Below, in pieces: positions 26,829 through 36,419 of a DNA stretch of 64,000 bases. A model generated the notes under the pieces. The model saw only the letters and a program-made list of their open reading frames with translations, did no database searches and had not been told where the DNA came from. The translations under genes and the position numbers were made by a program. The stretch comes from a virus (taxonomy: Duplodnaviria > Caudoviricetes): positions 45,067-109,066 of the IMG/VR virus record IMGVR_UViG_3300009868_000001. One strand, written 5' to 3'. How positions within the stretch are numbered: position 1 is the stretch's first letter; each line of letters starts with the position of its first letter.

Positions 26829-28294
26829 GACCTTTTTCTTCTCTTATACTTTTTCTTAACATTGCCATCAAACTTATCCCCAGAACCATCGGAAGTCGGT
26901 GTAGGTGGAGTTATAGGTCCCATTGAAGAGACAGACGACGGGGTTTGCATGGCTAAACCTGGGGCTCCTTCTTCGTTTAAGTATTTGTCTTTATAAATTG
27001 AATGAACGTGAGAGTGAGCTTTAATTTTACCTTCTTTACCTCCTATTGCATTTCCAATTGCACCTGCCGCTTTGTGAACTACTGGTGCTGAGAAATGTTT
27101 AATCGTATCTCCAAGTTTCACCATTGCTTTATCCATCTCGGTATCTCTAAGAGAAGGCATGAGTTTTCCAAGTTTGTCGAAGAAATCATGGACTCTCTTT
27201 AAGAAGGACGTCTCAGCTATTTGTTTAGCCGTCACTGGAAGGTCAACTCTTTCAAACAAAGGTAACCTCTTTTCAAAAACAAACTTAATTCCTTTATTAT
27301 CAGCTAACGTTGTTTTCTTAAGTTCAAGATGTCCTTGAGCTTCAGCAACAGCTTCTGTTAGTTTCTTTGTAAGGTGAGTGACAACAGTCTCACTAAACAC
27401 TCGACCTGTGCTTGTTATCATTGTTACAATCTTCTTAACTTCGTCATCAAAGGTCTTAGGATCGTTCCATGTCCTTAGTTTTTCAATTCTTTCTAAGACA
27501 CTTAGATATTGATAGTCTACTTCTTCGATTGATTTGTAATACTTGTGATAGCGTTCGCTTTGTCCTCCGTTTTTAATAAAATCATCAAAGATACTGCCTG
27601 CATAGAATTTGGTCTTTCTCTTAGTAGTCTCATCTCTTGTGTTGTCTCCAATTTTATTTAGAGCTAATGCAACTGCTGCTGATTTAATTGTAATGTTTTC
27701 CTGCTCTTTTTCAGGTTTTTGTTGAATTCCTGGAAAGAGTGATTTTATTTGATCTGACGAGTTCTTCGAAAAAACCACTAAATTATTATTGGTTTCTCTT
27801 TCCTTAACGTTTAGTTCGTCATACAGGCCCTTTAAGACTCCGTTGCTAAATGGATCTTTTCCCTTTTGTCTAACCAATTCATTAATCTTCTTATAGATTG
27901 CCTGAAGGGTTTGTAACCTTTCAGCAAGCATTATAATGTCTTTTGAAATCTGAGCTGAGTTTATTCGTTGACTTGCATGTCCAGTCTTAACATAATTGTC
28001 GAAATCTGCAAGTTTTTTCTCAAGTCGACTCTTTGTAAACTTAACGTAAGCTAATACGTTTTTCAGGGTCTTTTCGTCCAAAAATGCAGCAAGACCTGGA
28101 CTTAAGTCGTGGAGATCTAAAACTATTTTAAGTCTCTGTTTCTCATTTTCAATCATAATATCGAGAAACTTGTCCATTGATTCTATCCATGAAGAAGAAT
28201 CTGCTTGGACGACGTCTAACACAGCATTATTAATCTGAACTAATTCAGATTCGATTATAAGTTTTTCGAAAGTTTCTAGCCTTTTTACTATCAT
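26825..28294 (-). CDS. Hypothetical helical protein with C-terminal capsid-N-arm-like segment
   Basis: N-terminal RLETFEKLIIE. C-terminal LNEEGAPGL...GSGDKF resembles major capsid residues 59-114. Confidence 0.65.
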   Translation of the reverse strand: MIVKRLETFEKLIIESELVQINNAVLDVVQADSSSWIESMDKFLDIMIENEKQRLKIVLDLHDLSPGLAAFLDEKTLKNVLAYVKFTKSRLEKKLADFDNYVKTGHASQRINSAQISKDIIMLAERLQTLQAIYKKINELVRQKGKDPFSNGVLKGLYDELNVKERETNNNLVVFSKNSSDQIKSLFPGIQQKPEKEQENITIKSAAVALALNKIGDNTRDETTKRKTKFYAGSIFDDFIKNGGQSERYHKYYKSIEEVDYQYLSVLERIEKLRTWNDPKTFDDEVKKIVTMITSTGRVFSETVVTHLTKKLTEAVAEAQGHLELKKTTLADNKGIKFVFEKRLPLFERVDLPVTAKQIAETSFLKRVHDFFDKLGKLMPSLRDTEMDKAMVKLGDTIKHFSAPVVHKAAGAIGNAIGGKEGKIKAHSHVHSIYKDKYLNEEGAPGLAMQTPSSVSSMGPITPPTPTSDGSGDKFDGNVKKKYKRRKRS

Positions 28295-28467
28295 TTCCTA
28301 TAATTTGTTTCTTGCCATTCGTTGAAGCTAGAAACCTTCTTTAGATGGCTTTTAACGAAGTCAAATGCAGAGTCTCCTGTTGGGTGAGGTAGAACACCAA
28401 ATTTTAGCTTTTCCTTTCCTTTAATGTAATTGCGATAGTTTGTATCGCCACGTTCACTTTTTTTCAC
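28291..28467 (-). CDS. Small late protein (58 aa) missing from the ORF track
   Basis: GTG start, MKKSERGDTNY...KKVSSFNEWQETNYRK. Its stop overlaps the next ATG, and TATAAATA lies upstream. Confidence 0.7.
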   Translation of the reverse strand: MKKSERGDTNYRNYIKGKEKLKFGVLPHPTGDSAFDFVKSHLKKVSSFNEWQETNYRK

Positions 28468-28483
28468 AGGAGTTCCTTTTTTC

Positions 28484-28491
28484 TATTTATA
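28484..28491 (-). promoter_or_regulatory. T4-type late promoter (TATAAATA)
   Basis: Exact consensus 16 nt upstream of the small ORF. Confidence 0.7.
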
Positions 28492-28497
28492 GAGGAA

Positions 28498-31368
28498 CTA
28501 TTGGCGGTTGACGTGAATTCTGAAGGATGCATGTCTTGTGTCAGACCAGCTTAATCCTGAATCGGGGGAAATGAACTTTTTAAAGTCCTGATATGATATG
28601 TTTTCAGGTATGTATACTATAGAATTATTGTTCTTTAATCTTGTCCCAATACCTATCATTCCCTTAAACCCATCGACTTTAGCATAATACTTAAAGTTTG
28701 CATAAAGGACTGAATTAATTAACTCTTTAGAATCTTCATCGACCAACACGCTTGAATCAAAAGCATCAATTGTCTTTTCAAATATTAAATCGGTCGTTTC
28801 TGGAACATGAAAAAGGTGGTTAGAAAACATATCTGCAAACCAAGTTGCAAACTCGTCTAAAGACACTCCCTGTTTTTCTAGCATTTCCTTGACTGTCATC
28901 CAGTTCTTCATGTTTTCAAGATTGATATTAAGACCGTTTTCTCCAATGCTTAATATGAATGTTTGAACACTCTCATTAATGTTATGTTTCTTTATTAAGT
29001 CTAACACACGTGAAAGAAGGACTTCCTTTCCAGAAACAAACGAGTTTTCTCCGTTTTTTCTACTTGATGACAGTCTACCCTTGTCTTTTTTTACTTCAAT
29101 TGAAGATTCATTTATCATTATGTCTCCGACCTTAGCCTTTAGTCCTCCTTTAAAAAGAAGAGCAATTGCTTCTCCTAGACCCTTCCCTATACCTGGTTCT
29201 TGATAATGAACTATTGTGTCTATTATTTCCTCATTTAGACCAGATTGGTTTAAATCAATAACATTTGGTTTTTCAAGGTCTATTGAAAGGCCTTCGTTTT
29301 CAAATAAAAAGGTCTTAAATTTTTCGACCTCTTCTTCAGGTAGATTTAATCTACTTATTGCTTTTGCTAAATCATGTGCAGCTTTTGCTGAATACCCACG
29401 TTCAATAATAGATTCCTTTATTTGAGTAAGTGTCTTATTGAGATTAAAGGTTACGAGGTTTCTTGTAAAATTTTCAAGAAGCTGATCGACTGCTTCTGTC
29501 TTTTCTTGACCCTTTAAACCTGAAAGAAAGTTTATAGTCGAATCTATTTTAGCTTCATCGTATTTTGTAGACTCAGAAAGAACTTCTGACTGAAACTTAG
29601 GAGCGATTGCAACGAAACCGGAATAGACAGCCCTAGGGACAAGCTTTTTAAATGAAGAGTAATCGTTTGCTTTTAAAGCAGATCTTACCTCCTCAGTGAT
29701 AGTTGAAACTGGCGCTTCTAGGAGTTGAAATTCTTTTCGTATGTTATAGTTTAATGCTTTTCTTCTTGCATGTTCTAACTGTAATGCATAGTCCCTCAAT
29801 CTGTTTGTTGTTGTTGCAAGAAACAGAGGGTCATAATCAGGTCTAATTGCTTTAAGTATCTCAGAGATTATTCCCTTATTGATGACTCGGCAGTCACATA
29901 TGATTTCCTTATATTCCTTGACAACTTTGTTAAGTATGTCTTGGACCTCTTTTGCTGGGATTGGGTTCTTTGAATTTGGCTTGTCTGGAGCAATTGCAAT
30001 TAATACTACAGGATGTCCGTTCTTTTTCTTAAGAGTCATTGCAGTCTCTATGTGCCCATTATGTAATGGTTGGAAATCAGAGACCAAGAGGTTTACTTTT
30101 TCTGATTTTTTCTTGCCTTCTCTTATGTCAAACTGAGAAAAATAGTTAGCATCACTGACTCCACCTATAAATTCATTGAAGGTTGGAAAATAACCTTCAA
30201 ATATTGATTCTTTAGAAATGACCCGTTGGATCTTATCAATCTGAGAGTTTAGGTGTTGTACCATACTTTCACTAAAGAAGTTTGAATTGACCTTGTCTTT
30301 TTTCTTTCTAAAGACATTTAAGGCTATTCGATAGACCTCTTTGAATGTTTCATTTTGATTGATAAACTTAATGACCTGTGGGTCCTTAATGAGGTCGTAG
30401 TTCACATTAAACTCGTCCTTCTTCAGGTATTCAGGAATACTGATGTTTATCTCTCTATATTTATTGCCATATTTATTGATGAACCTCTTATAAATTTCAT
30501 TTAACAATGAAACGTATTTCTGGTCATAATTCTCTCCCTTTAACTCTATTGATGTTAATTCAGGATACGAATAGCTCTCAATGAAATTCATTATGTCGGA
30601 AACAGTCAACCATACATAATCATCAGACTTCTTTCCCTTTGTCTGAGGCCTACTAAAGCTTTCAGAGTTAAAGCTTGGATCTACTAGTTTAGTTACATAG
30701 AAAGTAGAAGGTTCAGTTCCAACCGATTCGTAAAACCTAAAAACGACCGAATCGAAGTCCTTGTCACCCGACTCATATATTGCCATTTTATCTGGGCTAA
30801 GAGTCTTTACGATATGTTTTGAGAAAGACAATGATTTATATTTGTCGGTCAGTTCTGAGAACGGAGTAAAAACAAATTCAAGTATTCCCTGTTTCTGCTC
30901 TTCGCTTAAGTTTCCTTGAAAAAGAATGGGAGGTTCCGCCACCTCAAGGGCTTTTGCCCAATCTGTCAATATTTTTCTGTCATGAACCATTCTAACAGAT
31001 TTTCCGGTTTCGTTTAACCTGTTGATATAGCTAAGAGAAAGTATGTTGTTTAATGGTCTGTCTTTTCCTGGAAAATATTCGAATCCGACTACAATATTGT
31101 CTGGGAGGTTAATTCCCTTTTCAGACAATGCAGCTATCCGTGCATCCATATGTATTATTGCAGGTTCGTAAAACTTGCTCAACACACGGTGCATGTATGT
31201 TATTGGTTCGTCTTTCTTGTAATACTCAATCTTACCCTTTTCCTTTTTTAATGAAAAAGCTGAACCATCGAGTTTCTCGCTGACTATCACATACTTGGAA
31301 AGAAGGTCCTTAATGAACTCTTCACCCTTCCTTTCATATATTTCACGTAAATGAGTGATTCCGGCCAT
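28498..31368 (-). CDS. Multidomain protein: ligase-like adenylation domain + HxGH nucleotidyltransferase + PD-(D/E)xK nuclease-like domain
   Basis: SEKLDGS; FQPLHNGH; GE...GD...IEVK. Confidence 0.65.
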   Translation of the reverse strand: MAGITHLREIYERKGEEFIKDLLSKYVIVSEKLDGSAFSLKKEKGKIEYYKKDEPITYMHRVLSKFYEPAIIHMDARIAALSEKGINLPDNIVVGFEYFPGKDRPLNNILSLSYINRLNETGKSVRMVHDRKILTDWAKALEVAEPPILFQGNLSEEQKQGILEFVFTPFSELTDKYKSLSFSKHIVKTLSPDKMAIYESGDKDFDSVVFRFYESVGTEPSTFYVTKLVDPSFNSESFSRPQTKGKKSDDYVWLTVSDIMNFIESYSYPELTSIELKGENYDQKYVSLLNEIYKRFINKYGNKYREINISIPEYLKKDEFNVNYDLIKDPQVIKFINQNETFKEVYRIALNVFRKKKDKVNSNFFSESMVQHLNSQIDKIQRVISKESIFEGYFPTFNEFIGGVSDANYFSQFDIREGKKKSEKVNLLVSDFQPLHNGHIETAMTLKKKNGHPVVLIAIAPDKPNSKNPIPAKEVQDILNKVVKEYKEIICDCRVINKGIISEILKAIRPDYDPLFLATTTNRLRDYALQLEHARRKALNYNIRKEFQLLEAPVSTITEEVRSALKANDYSSFKKLVPRAVYSGFVAIAPKFQSEVLSESTKYDEAKIDSTINFLSGLKGQEKTEAVDQLLENFTRNLVTFNLNKTLTQIKESIIERGYSAKAAHDLAKAISRLNLPEEEVEKFKTFLFENEGLSIDLEKPNVIDLNQSGLNEEIIDTIVHYQEPGIGKGLGEAIALLFKGGLKAKVGDIMINESSIEVKKDKGRLSSSRKNGENSFVSGKEVLLSRVLDLIKKHNINESVQTFILSIGENGLNINLENMKNWMTVKEMLEKQGVSLDEFATWFADMFSNHLFHVPETTDLIFEKTIDAFDSSVLVDEDSKELINSVLYANFKYYAKVDGFKGMIGIGTRLKNNNSIVYIPENISYQDFKKFISPDSGLSWSDTRHASFRIHVNRQ

Positions 31369-31380
31369 AGATTAAATTTT

Positions 31381-32016
31381 TTAGTCAAGGCTTCCTTGTT
31401 CGCCGCTTGACATTGATTCTGCATGTTCATCTGATGACTTACTCTCAAGGCTAATTGAGACGCTCTTTAGAAGACCTGCATCGTCTGGGTTTGCTTGAAA
31501 ATATTTAACAAGTTGACCTAAATCGATGAACTTATACTTTTCGTAATTGACTCCAGCTCGTTTGAATTTCTTTTCAACTGCACTTCCGCTTTGATAATCA
31601 TTCCAACCAAGATTCCAACAATAGAATTTTACTCCTTCGTTCTTCTTTGAATAATAATGAACGTGATCTTCTATTTTTTGGATTGCTTTTTCAATGTTAC
31701 CGTATGCTGTTCCATGACCGTTAACATCAGACGGAACACCAATAGAAAGCTTGTCACTTGTTACTTCGACTAATGATTTCAATTGGGTTATTATTTCTTG
31801 TGCATTGCTATCACCAACTTCAACCGGTTGATCTGTCTGTTCTTCCCCGTTTGGTTGGGTTTGAGGCTGTTCCTGTGGAGTAGTCTGTGGGTCTACTGTT
31901 GGTGTAGTTCCTGCATCAGGTTGAACATTAGCAGACGAATCAGGCACAAATGTTTGTTCTTCTTCCTCGTTTATAAACTGAGAGAAGGTTGAAATTTGCC
32001 ATTTTTTAGTGGACAT
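31381..32016 (-). CDS. Hypothetical late protein, probable head-internal
   Basis: N-terminal ISTFSQFINE followed by a Q/P/T-rich linker; ATAAATA at 32037-32043. Confidence 0.6.
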   Translation of the reverse strand: MSTKKWQISTFSQFINEEEEQTFVPDSSANVQPDAGTTPTVDPQTTPQEQPQTQPNGEEQTDQPVEVGDSNAQEIITQLKSLVEVTSDKLSIGVPSDVNGHGTAYGNIEKAIQKIEDHVHYYSKKNEGVKFYCWNLGWNDYQSGSAVEKKFKRAGVNYEKYKFIDLGQLVKYFQANPDDAGLLKSVSISLESKSSDEHAESMSSGEQGSLD

Positions 32017-32042
32017 ACTCTTTAAAAGCTTTTTGTTATTTA

Positions 32043-32636
32043 TTAAGAATGGGCCACAAATGAGTCTATAGTTGCAGTAAACTTAGAAATGCTATCTTCG
32101 TCAAACACATTGTCTATAATAACAAGCTCATTATTTCTAACAGAATCAGATAGGTGATCTTTACCTGCTTCAATCAGTTCTGACATAATGTGCCATTCTT
32201 CTAAATTATTAGAACCATCCCAACTGTCTTTAACTCTACTTGAAATTCCAAGTGAATTATGACGTATTACAATTGTTTTACTGTCTCTAAAAAGAGGAGA
32301 ACCTATTAGCTTTAAAAATTCTTCAGTTGCCTTTTCCTTGGTCAAACGTTTTCTGAGTATTGCCCAAGTGTATGCTGATATTATTGCTCTATCGAAAACA
32401 ATCGGAAGGTTTAGCTTGTTTTCAACGTTCATTTCCATTATGGTCATGATGTTTCCTAAACTAAAATAATGTAATGCTGGTGAATCTTCAATCCATTCGA
32501 GTCCTAGAGTTTTAAAATGGTTCGCAAAATAGAACTTATAATATTCGATCGTGTCTTTTTTTGACGACCTATCGAAATATTTTGTCAATAAAAAAGTCTT
32601 TCCACAGTTTCTTGGGCCTTCAATATATGTTATCAT
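32043..32636 (-). CDS. Thymidylate-kinase-like P-loop kinase
   Basis: IEGPRNCGKT and VFDR motifs. Confidence 0.7.
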   Translation of the reverse strand: MITYIEGPRNCGKTFLLTKYFDRSSKKDTIEYYKFYFANHFKTLGLEWIEDSPALHYFSLGNIMTIMEMNVENKLNLPIVFDRAIISAYTWAILRKRLTKEKATEEFLKLIGSPLFRDSKTIVIRHNSLGISSRVKDSWDGSNNLEEWHIMSELIEAGKDHLSDSVRNNELVIIDNVFDEDSISKFTATIDSFVAHS

Positions 32637-33205
32637 CCTACGTCTTTAACTGATTTGTCTTTTGTTGTGATAATTATTCTATCATGGTCATAGACGATAG
32701 GTTCACCTATTCTCATAATCTTTGAGTTGTCAATATAGAATAAATCAAGGCCAAGCCCATAGTCTCCTAAGTGTTCGTATTTTTCCTGAGCATAAGTTAC
32801 ATAACTATGTAACTCTGATAGAGAATCATCAAATGCTCTAACTCGGTTTGCTTCGTATTTTTTAACAAGTTCAGACATTATTCGTCCCTTTTTATCCATT
32901 CGACCCAACATAAACAGTTCGTCGAAACTTAGGTTAAAGTGATCGAATATTGTTAAAATTTCGTTTTTAAGGGTTTCTACCCTCTGTGTTATTAAAAATA
33001 CAAGCTCTCCTTTTTTAGACCTTTCTCTAACATCATTTGCGACGTTTTCTATGCAATAAATGTTAAACCTATTTAAGTCTAACGAATCTGGAGAGTCATA
33101 CCAATGATAGAGTTCCCTTTCATGATCGTTATGGCTTTGGTGATCTGGTGTTCGTATTAGACATCTGTCAAAATCGTACACATTTATAGTCTTATTCGTT
33201 TCCAT
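32633..33205 (-). CDS. HAD-superfamily phosphatase
   Basis: VYDFD, LITQR, K and FDD motifs. Confidence 0.7.
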   Translation of the reverse strand: METNKTINVYDFDRCLIRTPDHQSHNDHERELYHWYDSPDSLDLNRFNIYCIENVANDVRERSKKGELVFLITQRVETLKNEILTIFDHFNLSFDELFMLGRMDKKGRIMSELVKKYEANRVRAFDDSLSELHSYVTYAQEKYEHLGDYGLGLDLFYIDNSKIMRIGEPIVYDHDRIIITTKDKSVKDVG

Positions 33206-33211
33206 ACAATC

Positions 33212-33239
33212 TTATACTTGGAATAAATAAAAAAGTTTA
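33212..33239. promoter_or_regulatory. Overlapping divergent promoters (minus TAAAC-N17-GTATAA; plus ATAAATA)
   Basis: Both motifs fit in the 33-nt gap between divergent starts. Confidence 0.45.
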
Positions 33240-33700
33240 TGGCTTACTACAGAAAGACACAACAGTATCCGGGAAATAGATACACCCTTATTCGAGACAG
33301 CGTTCAACAGAAAAAGCCGTTTCTGATTTATAATTTCAGAGACCCCAATCAATATAAGGCATTTCTGTATGACCTTGACAAATACGGTAAGCTGAATTAT
33401 GTGTTGCAAACAATTCATTCATTTGATAACACATTTCAGAGAAACTTTCAACAACCTAGCATCTTCGTGACAAATGAAGACACAAATGTTTCATTAGAAG
33501 AATTTAAGAAAATTGCAATAGGATCGCTGGAGCACTATAGATTAGATTCAGTTATATGTTTGTTTGAAGGAAAGGTTGCAATCTTTTATAAGAACGGTGA
33601 ACATAAAATCATAGGTTCTGAAATTTTCACAACGTTTGACAAGAACGAATTTAGTGGAGATTACTATCAAATAGGCTCAAACTATTACACTTTTGCCTAA
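33239..33700 (+). CDS. Hypothetical protein
   Basis: 153-aa ORF with ATAAATA upstream. Confidence 0.6.
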   Translation: MAYYRKTQQYPGNRYTLIRDSVQQKKPFLIYNFRDPNQYKAFLYDLDKYGKLNYVLQTIHSFDNTFQRNFQQPSIFVTNEDTNVSLEEFKKIAIGSLEHYRLDSVICLFEGKVAIFYKNGEHKIIGSEIFTTFDKNEFSGDYYQIGSNYYTFA

Positions 33701-33730
33701 ACTTCTTAACAATTCTTAGTAAAATATTTT

Positions 33731-34177
33731 ATGGCAGAAACACCTGAAAAAAAGAAAGACTTACTTGAGGTTTTTGAAGAACAGAGAGTATCTATATCTA
33801 AGGAGATTAGAGCTGGAGCAAAACTCTTTGAAGATTCAAAAAACATTCCTGAGATCCAGGTAAAGTTTTTATCCCTGAGACAGAGACTCGTTGAGGATAA
33901 TCACTCATTAATGGAACACTTCAATCGACTTAAGAAAAGGTTTCGAGATTTAAAGGGTGAAGAATGGGTTAATGTTTCAACTAATGGAAACTATAGGTAT
34001 CAATCCTCTGAAAAGGGGGTAGTTGTTGAGTCTCAACCGAATGTATCTGAACTTAAATTAAAGATGGACCAGGTTGAAAATCACATAGATTTCTATGTTG
34101 AATCGATAAAGACGGTTGACAATGTCTTGTTTGGATTAAGAGTTCGACTTGAGGTTGACAAAATGTTTGAAGTTTAA
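33731..34177 (+). CDS. uvsY: Recombination mediator UvsY-like
   Basis: 148-aa helical protein directly upstream of UvsW, with a IKTVDN.F.L C-terminal pattern. Confidence 0.55.
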   Translation: MAETPEKKKDLLEVFEEQRVSISKEIRAGAKLFEDSKNIPEIQVKFLSLRQRLVEDNHSLMEHFNRLKKRFRDLKGEEWVNVSTNGNYRYQSSEKGVVVESQPNVSELKLKMDQVENHIDFYVESIKTVDNVLFGLRVRLEVDKMFEV

Positions 34178-34193
34178 AAAGTCATAAAATGAA

Positions 34194-35768
34194 TTGCTTA
34201 GGTTTGAACTTTCACAAGATCAAAAGCATTTTGAGCTTAAGCGCTACGACCTTAGGTCTGAGTTAAATTCCCTGCGTTTATATTTTAGAAAGAAAAAGAG
34301 TTCTCAATACTCTCCCTTTGCCAGAAGGAAACAGTCTGCATCTTATCATTCGTTTATAACACAAGACAACAAAATTGGTTCCGGTCTTTGGAAGGAAATT
34401 ATCAAATTTTCCAAAAAGTCTGGATTCGATGTTGATATTGATGGAATCGAAGACCTTGTTAATTTTGAAATTACTAAGGAGAAGATTGAAAAGTTTTCAC
34501 AGGTATTATTGGATGGTTGTCCGAGCGTACCTGAATTAAGACCCTATCAACTTGAAGCGGCTTATCGCGGCCTTAAATATAAGATGTGTACGCAGGAACT
34601 TGCAACATCCGGCGGAAAGACAGTTATCTTTTACATTTATTTGGCATACCTTAAAAGGAAAGGATTTATATCCAAGGATAAAAAAGCAATCCTAATAGTT
34701 CCAAACATAAAACTGGTTACCCAAACAAACGCAGCCTTTAAGGATGAATACCACACAGGTCTGATTGATTTTGATATAATGATGTTAGGTGGAGATCATA
34801 GCTTTAAACAAAAAAAGTTTGATGACTGTGAATTGCTTATAACGACATACCAAAGCCTTGGTGACAGACCTAAAGAGTTTTTCTCAAATTTTAATGTTGT
34901 CTGTATAGATGAATGTCATTTTACCAGAGGTAAGACGATACAGTCTGTTCTTGACTATTCTAAGAATGCAAAATATAAAATGGGACTTTCCGGAACCATA
35001 AAGATTAAAGAAGACCATTTAGATTTTTTTAAGATTCAGGAAAAGCTGGGTCCTCTCATGTTAACTGTTTCTGCCAAACACTTACAAGAAAATAAGTATT
35101 CAGCAGACGTCGACATACGGGTTATTAACTTGATATATGAGATTGATGATTTTATAAGAAGATACACAGAACTCAAGGAATCTGTAAAGGATAACTTCGA
35201 TGCTAGGGCATCTATGGGTAAGGAGCTTTACGCCATGGAAAAAGCTTATATTATTGCATCAGAGAGCAGACTAGATTATATTTCTGAAATGACTAAGAAG
35301 CTTTCTGGAGGTAACACTTTAATCTTGTTTATAGACATAAAGAACAAGTATGGTTCTCGTCTGCATGAAAAGATAAGTAAATGGAACCAGCACTGTTATT
35401 ACATAGATGGTGCGGTAAAAGAAGGTCAGAGATCTGAATATCAAAATATCATGGAATCAAACAAGGGCGTAGTCCTTGTTGCGTCATATGGGACGTTCTC
35501 TACAGGTATTAACCTTAAAAATTTAGATTACATAATCTTCGCAGAAAGTTATAAGTCTGAAATAATAGTAAGACAGTCAATTGGACGTGGAATGCGTCTT
35601 ATTAAGGATAAGACCAAGGTGATCGTGTTTGACATAGTCGACGTTCTTTTAGAAGGAGAAACTTCGTGGATGAAGAACACCGTCCTTAAACATTCGCTTG
35701 AAAGAATCAAAATTTACAAGAAACAAGGTTGGCCTGTTCGTTCCTTTAGGATTCCAGTATTAAACTGA
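34194..35768 (+). CDS. uvsW: UvsW-like SF2 DNA helicase
   Basis: LRPYQ, ATSGGKT, DECH, GLSGT, STGIN and QSIGRGMR motifs. Confidence 0.9.
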   Translation: MLRFELSQDQKHFELKRYDLRSELNSLRLYFRKKKSSQYSPFARRKQSASYHSFITQDNKIGSGLWKEIIKFSKKSGFDVDIDGIEDLVNFEITKEKIEKFSQVLLDGCPSVPELRPYQLEAAYRGLKYKMCTQELATSGGKTVIFYIYLAYLKRKGFISKDKKAILIVPNIKLVTQTNAAFKDEYHTGLIDFDIMMLGGDHSFKQKKFDDCELLITTYQSLGDRPKEFFSNFNVVCIDECHFTRGKTIQSVLDYSKNAKYKMGLSGTIKIKEDHLDFFKIQEKLGPLMLTVSAKHLQENKYSADVDIRVINLIYEIDDFIRRYTELKESVKDNFDARASMGKELYAMEKAYIIASESRLDYISEMTKKLSGGNTLILFIDIKNKYGSRLHEKISKWNQHCYYIDGAVKEGQRSEYQNIMESNKGVVLVASYGTFSTGINLKNLDYIIFAESYKSEIIVRQSIGRGMRLIKDKTKVIVFDIVDVLLEGETSWMKNTVLKHSLERIKIYKKQGWPVRSFRIPVLN

Positions 35769-36359
35769 TAGTTTACTTGCAATTATTATTCCAAGCATTA
35801 CCTTAGTGTAAAAGAAGTGAAAATCATAGTAGGCGTTCAAAGTTTTATACTCTTCATCAGATAAAATAACCACTCCTTTGTTTGAAGTTAACCTATTTAG
35901 GTTTGAAATAAACTTAGTAGTGTCTTTGACTCCATAGTGGTCTATTAAACCGAGCAGGACGTCGCTGAACACTAAAAAGCTAATAGTTGCTTTTCCGTCG
36001 TTTATCTTAACTAACCACTCTAAACACTTCCTCATAAAGTTTCTCTTCTCAATTAGATCAGTTGAGATTACAGCGTCCCTTAATATAGAGTGTATTTGGT
36101 CAAGATCAGTTATCTTTTCAGATATTTTAGACATCCATTCTAACTCAGAATCATAGGTTACTATGCTAAATTTATGACTTTTAGAATCGGTAAAGGCGAA
36201 TGTCACCAGATCTATATTAGTCCTTTGTGAATCTTCATCATCCATGTTCATAATAGATATTTCCGACCCATTTATAGAGAATTCCTGAAAGGGAAAGTCC
36301 TTTAAAAAGGGAAACTTTTTGAGAACTCGTTCGTCTTGTGTTATTGTTTCCATGTTCAT
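35760..36359 (-). CDS. Hypothetical protein
   Basis: 199-aa ORF; ATAAATA at 36363-36369. Confidence 0.6.
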   Translation of the reverse strand: MNMETITQDERVLKKFPFLKDFPFQEFSINGSEISIMNMDDEDSQRTNIDLVTFAFTDSKSHKFSIVTYDSELEWMSKISEKITDLDQIHSILRDAVISTDLIEKRNFMRKCLEWLVKINDGKATISFLVFSDVLLGLIDHYGVKDTTKFISNLNRLTSNKGVVILSDEEYKTLNAYYDFHFFYTKVMLGIIIASKLSV

Positions 36360-36383
36360 TTCTATTTATTTTACTACGACCAA

Positions 36384-36411
36384 TAAACCAGGTTTAAGTA
36401 AGTTTGTATAA
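36384..36411 (+). promoter_or_regulatory. Putative early/middle promoter TAAAC-N17-GTATAA
   Basis: Recurrent motif upstream of replication genes. Confidence 0.45.
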
Positions 36412-36419
36412 CTTTTCAT

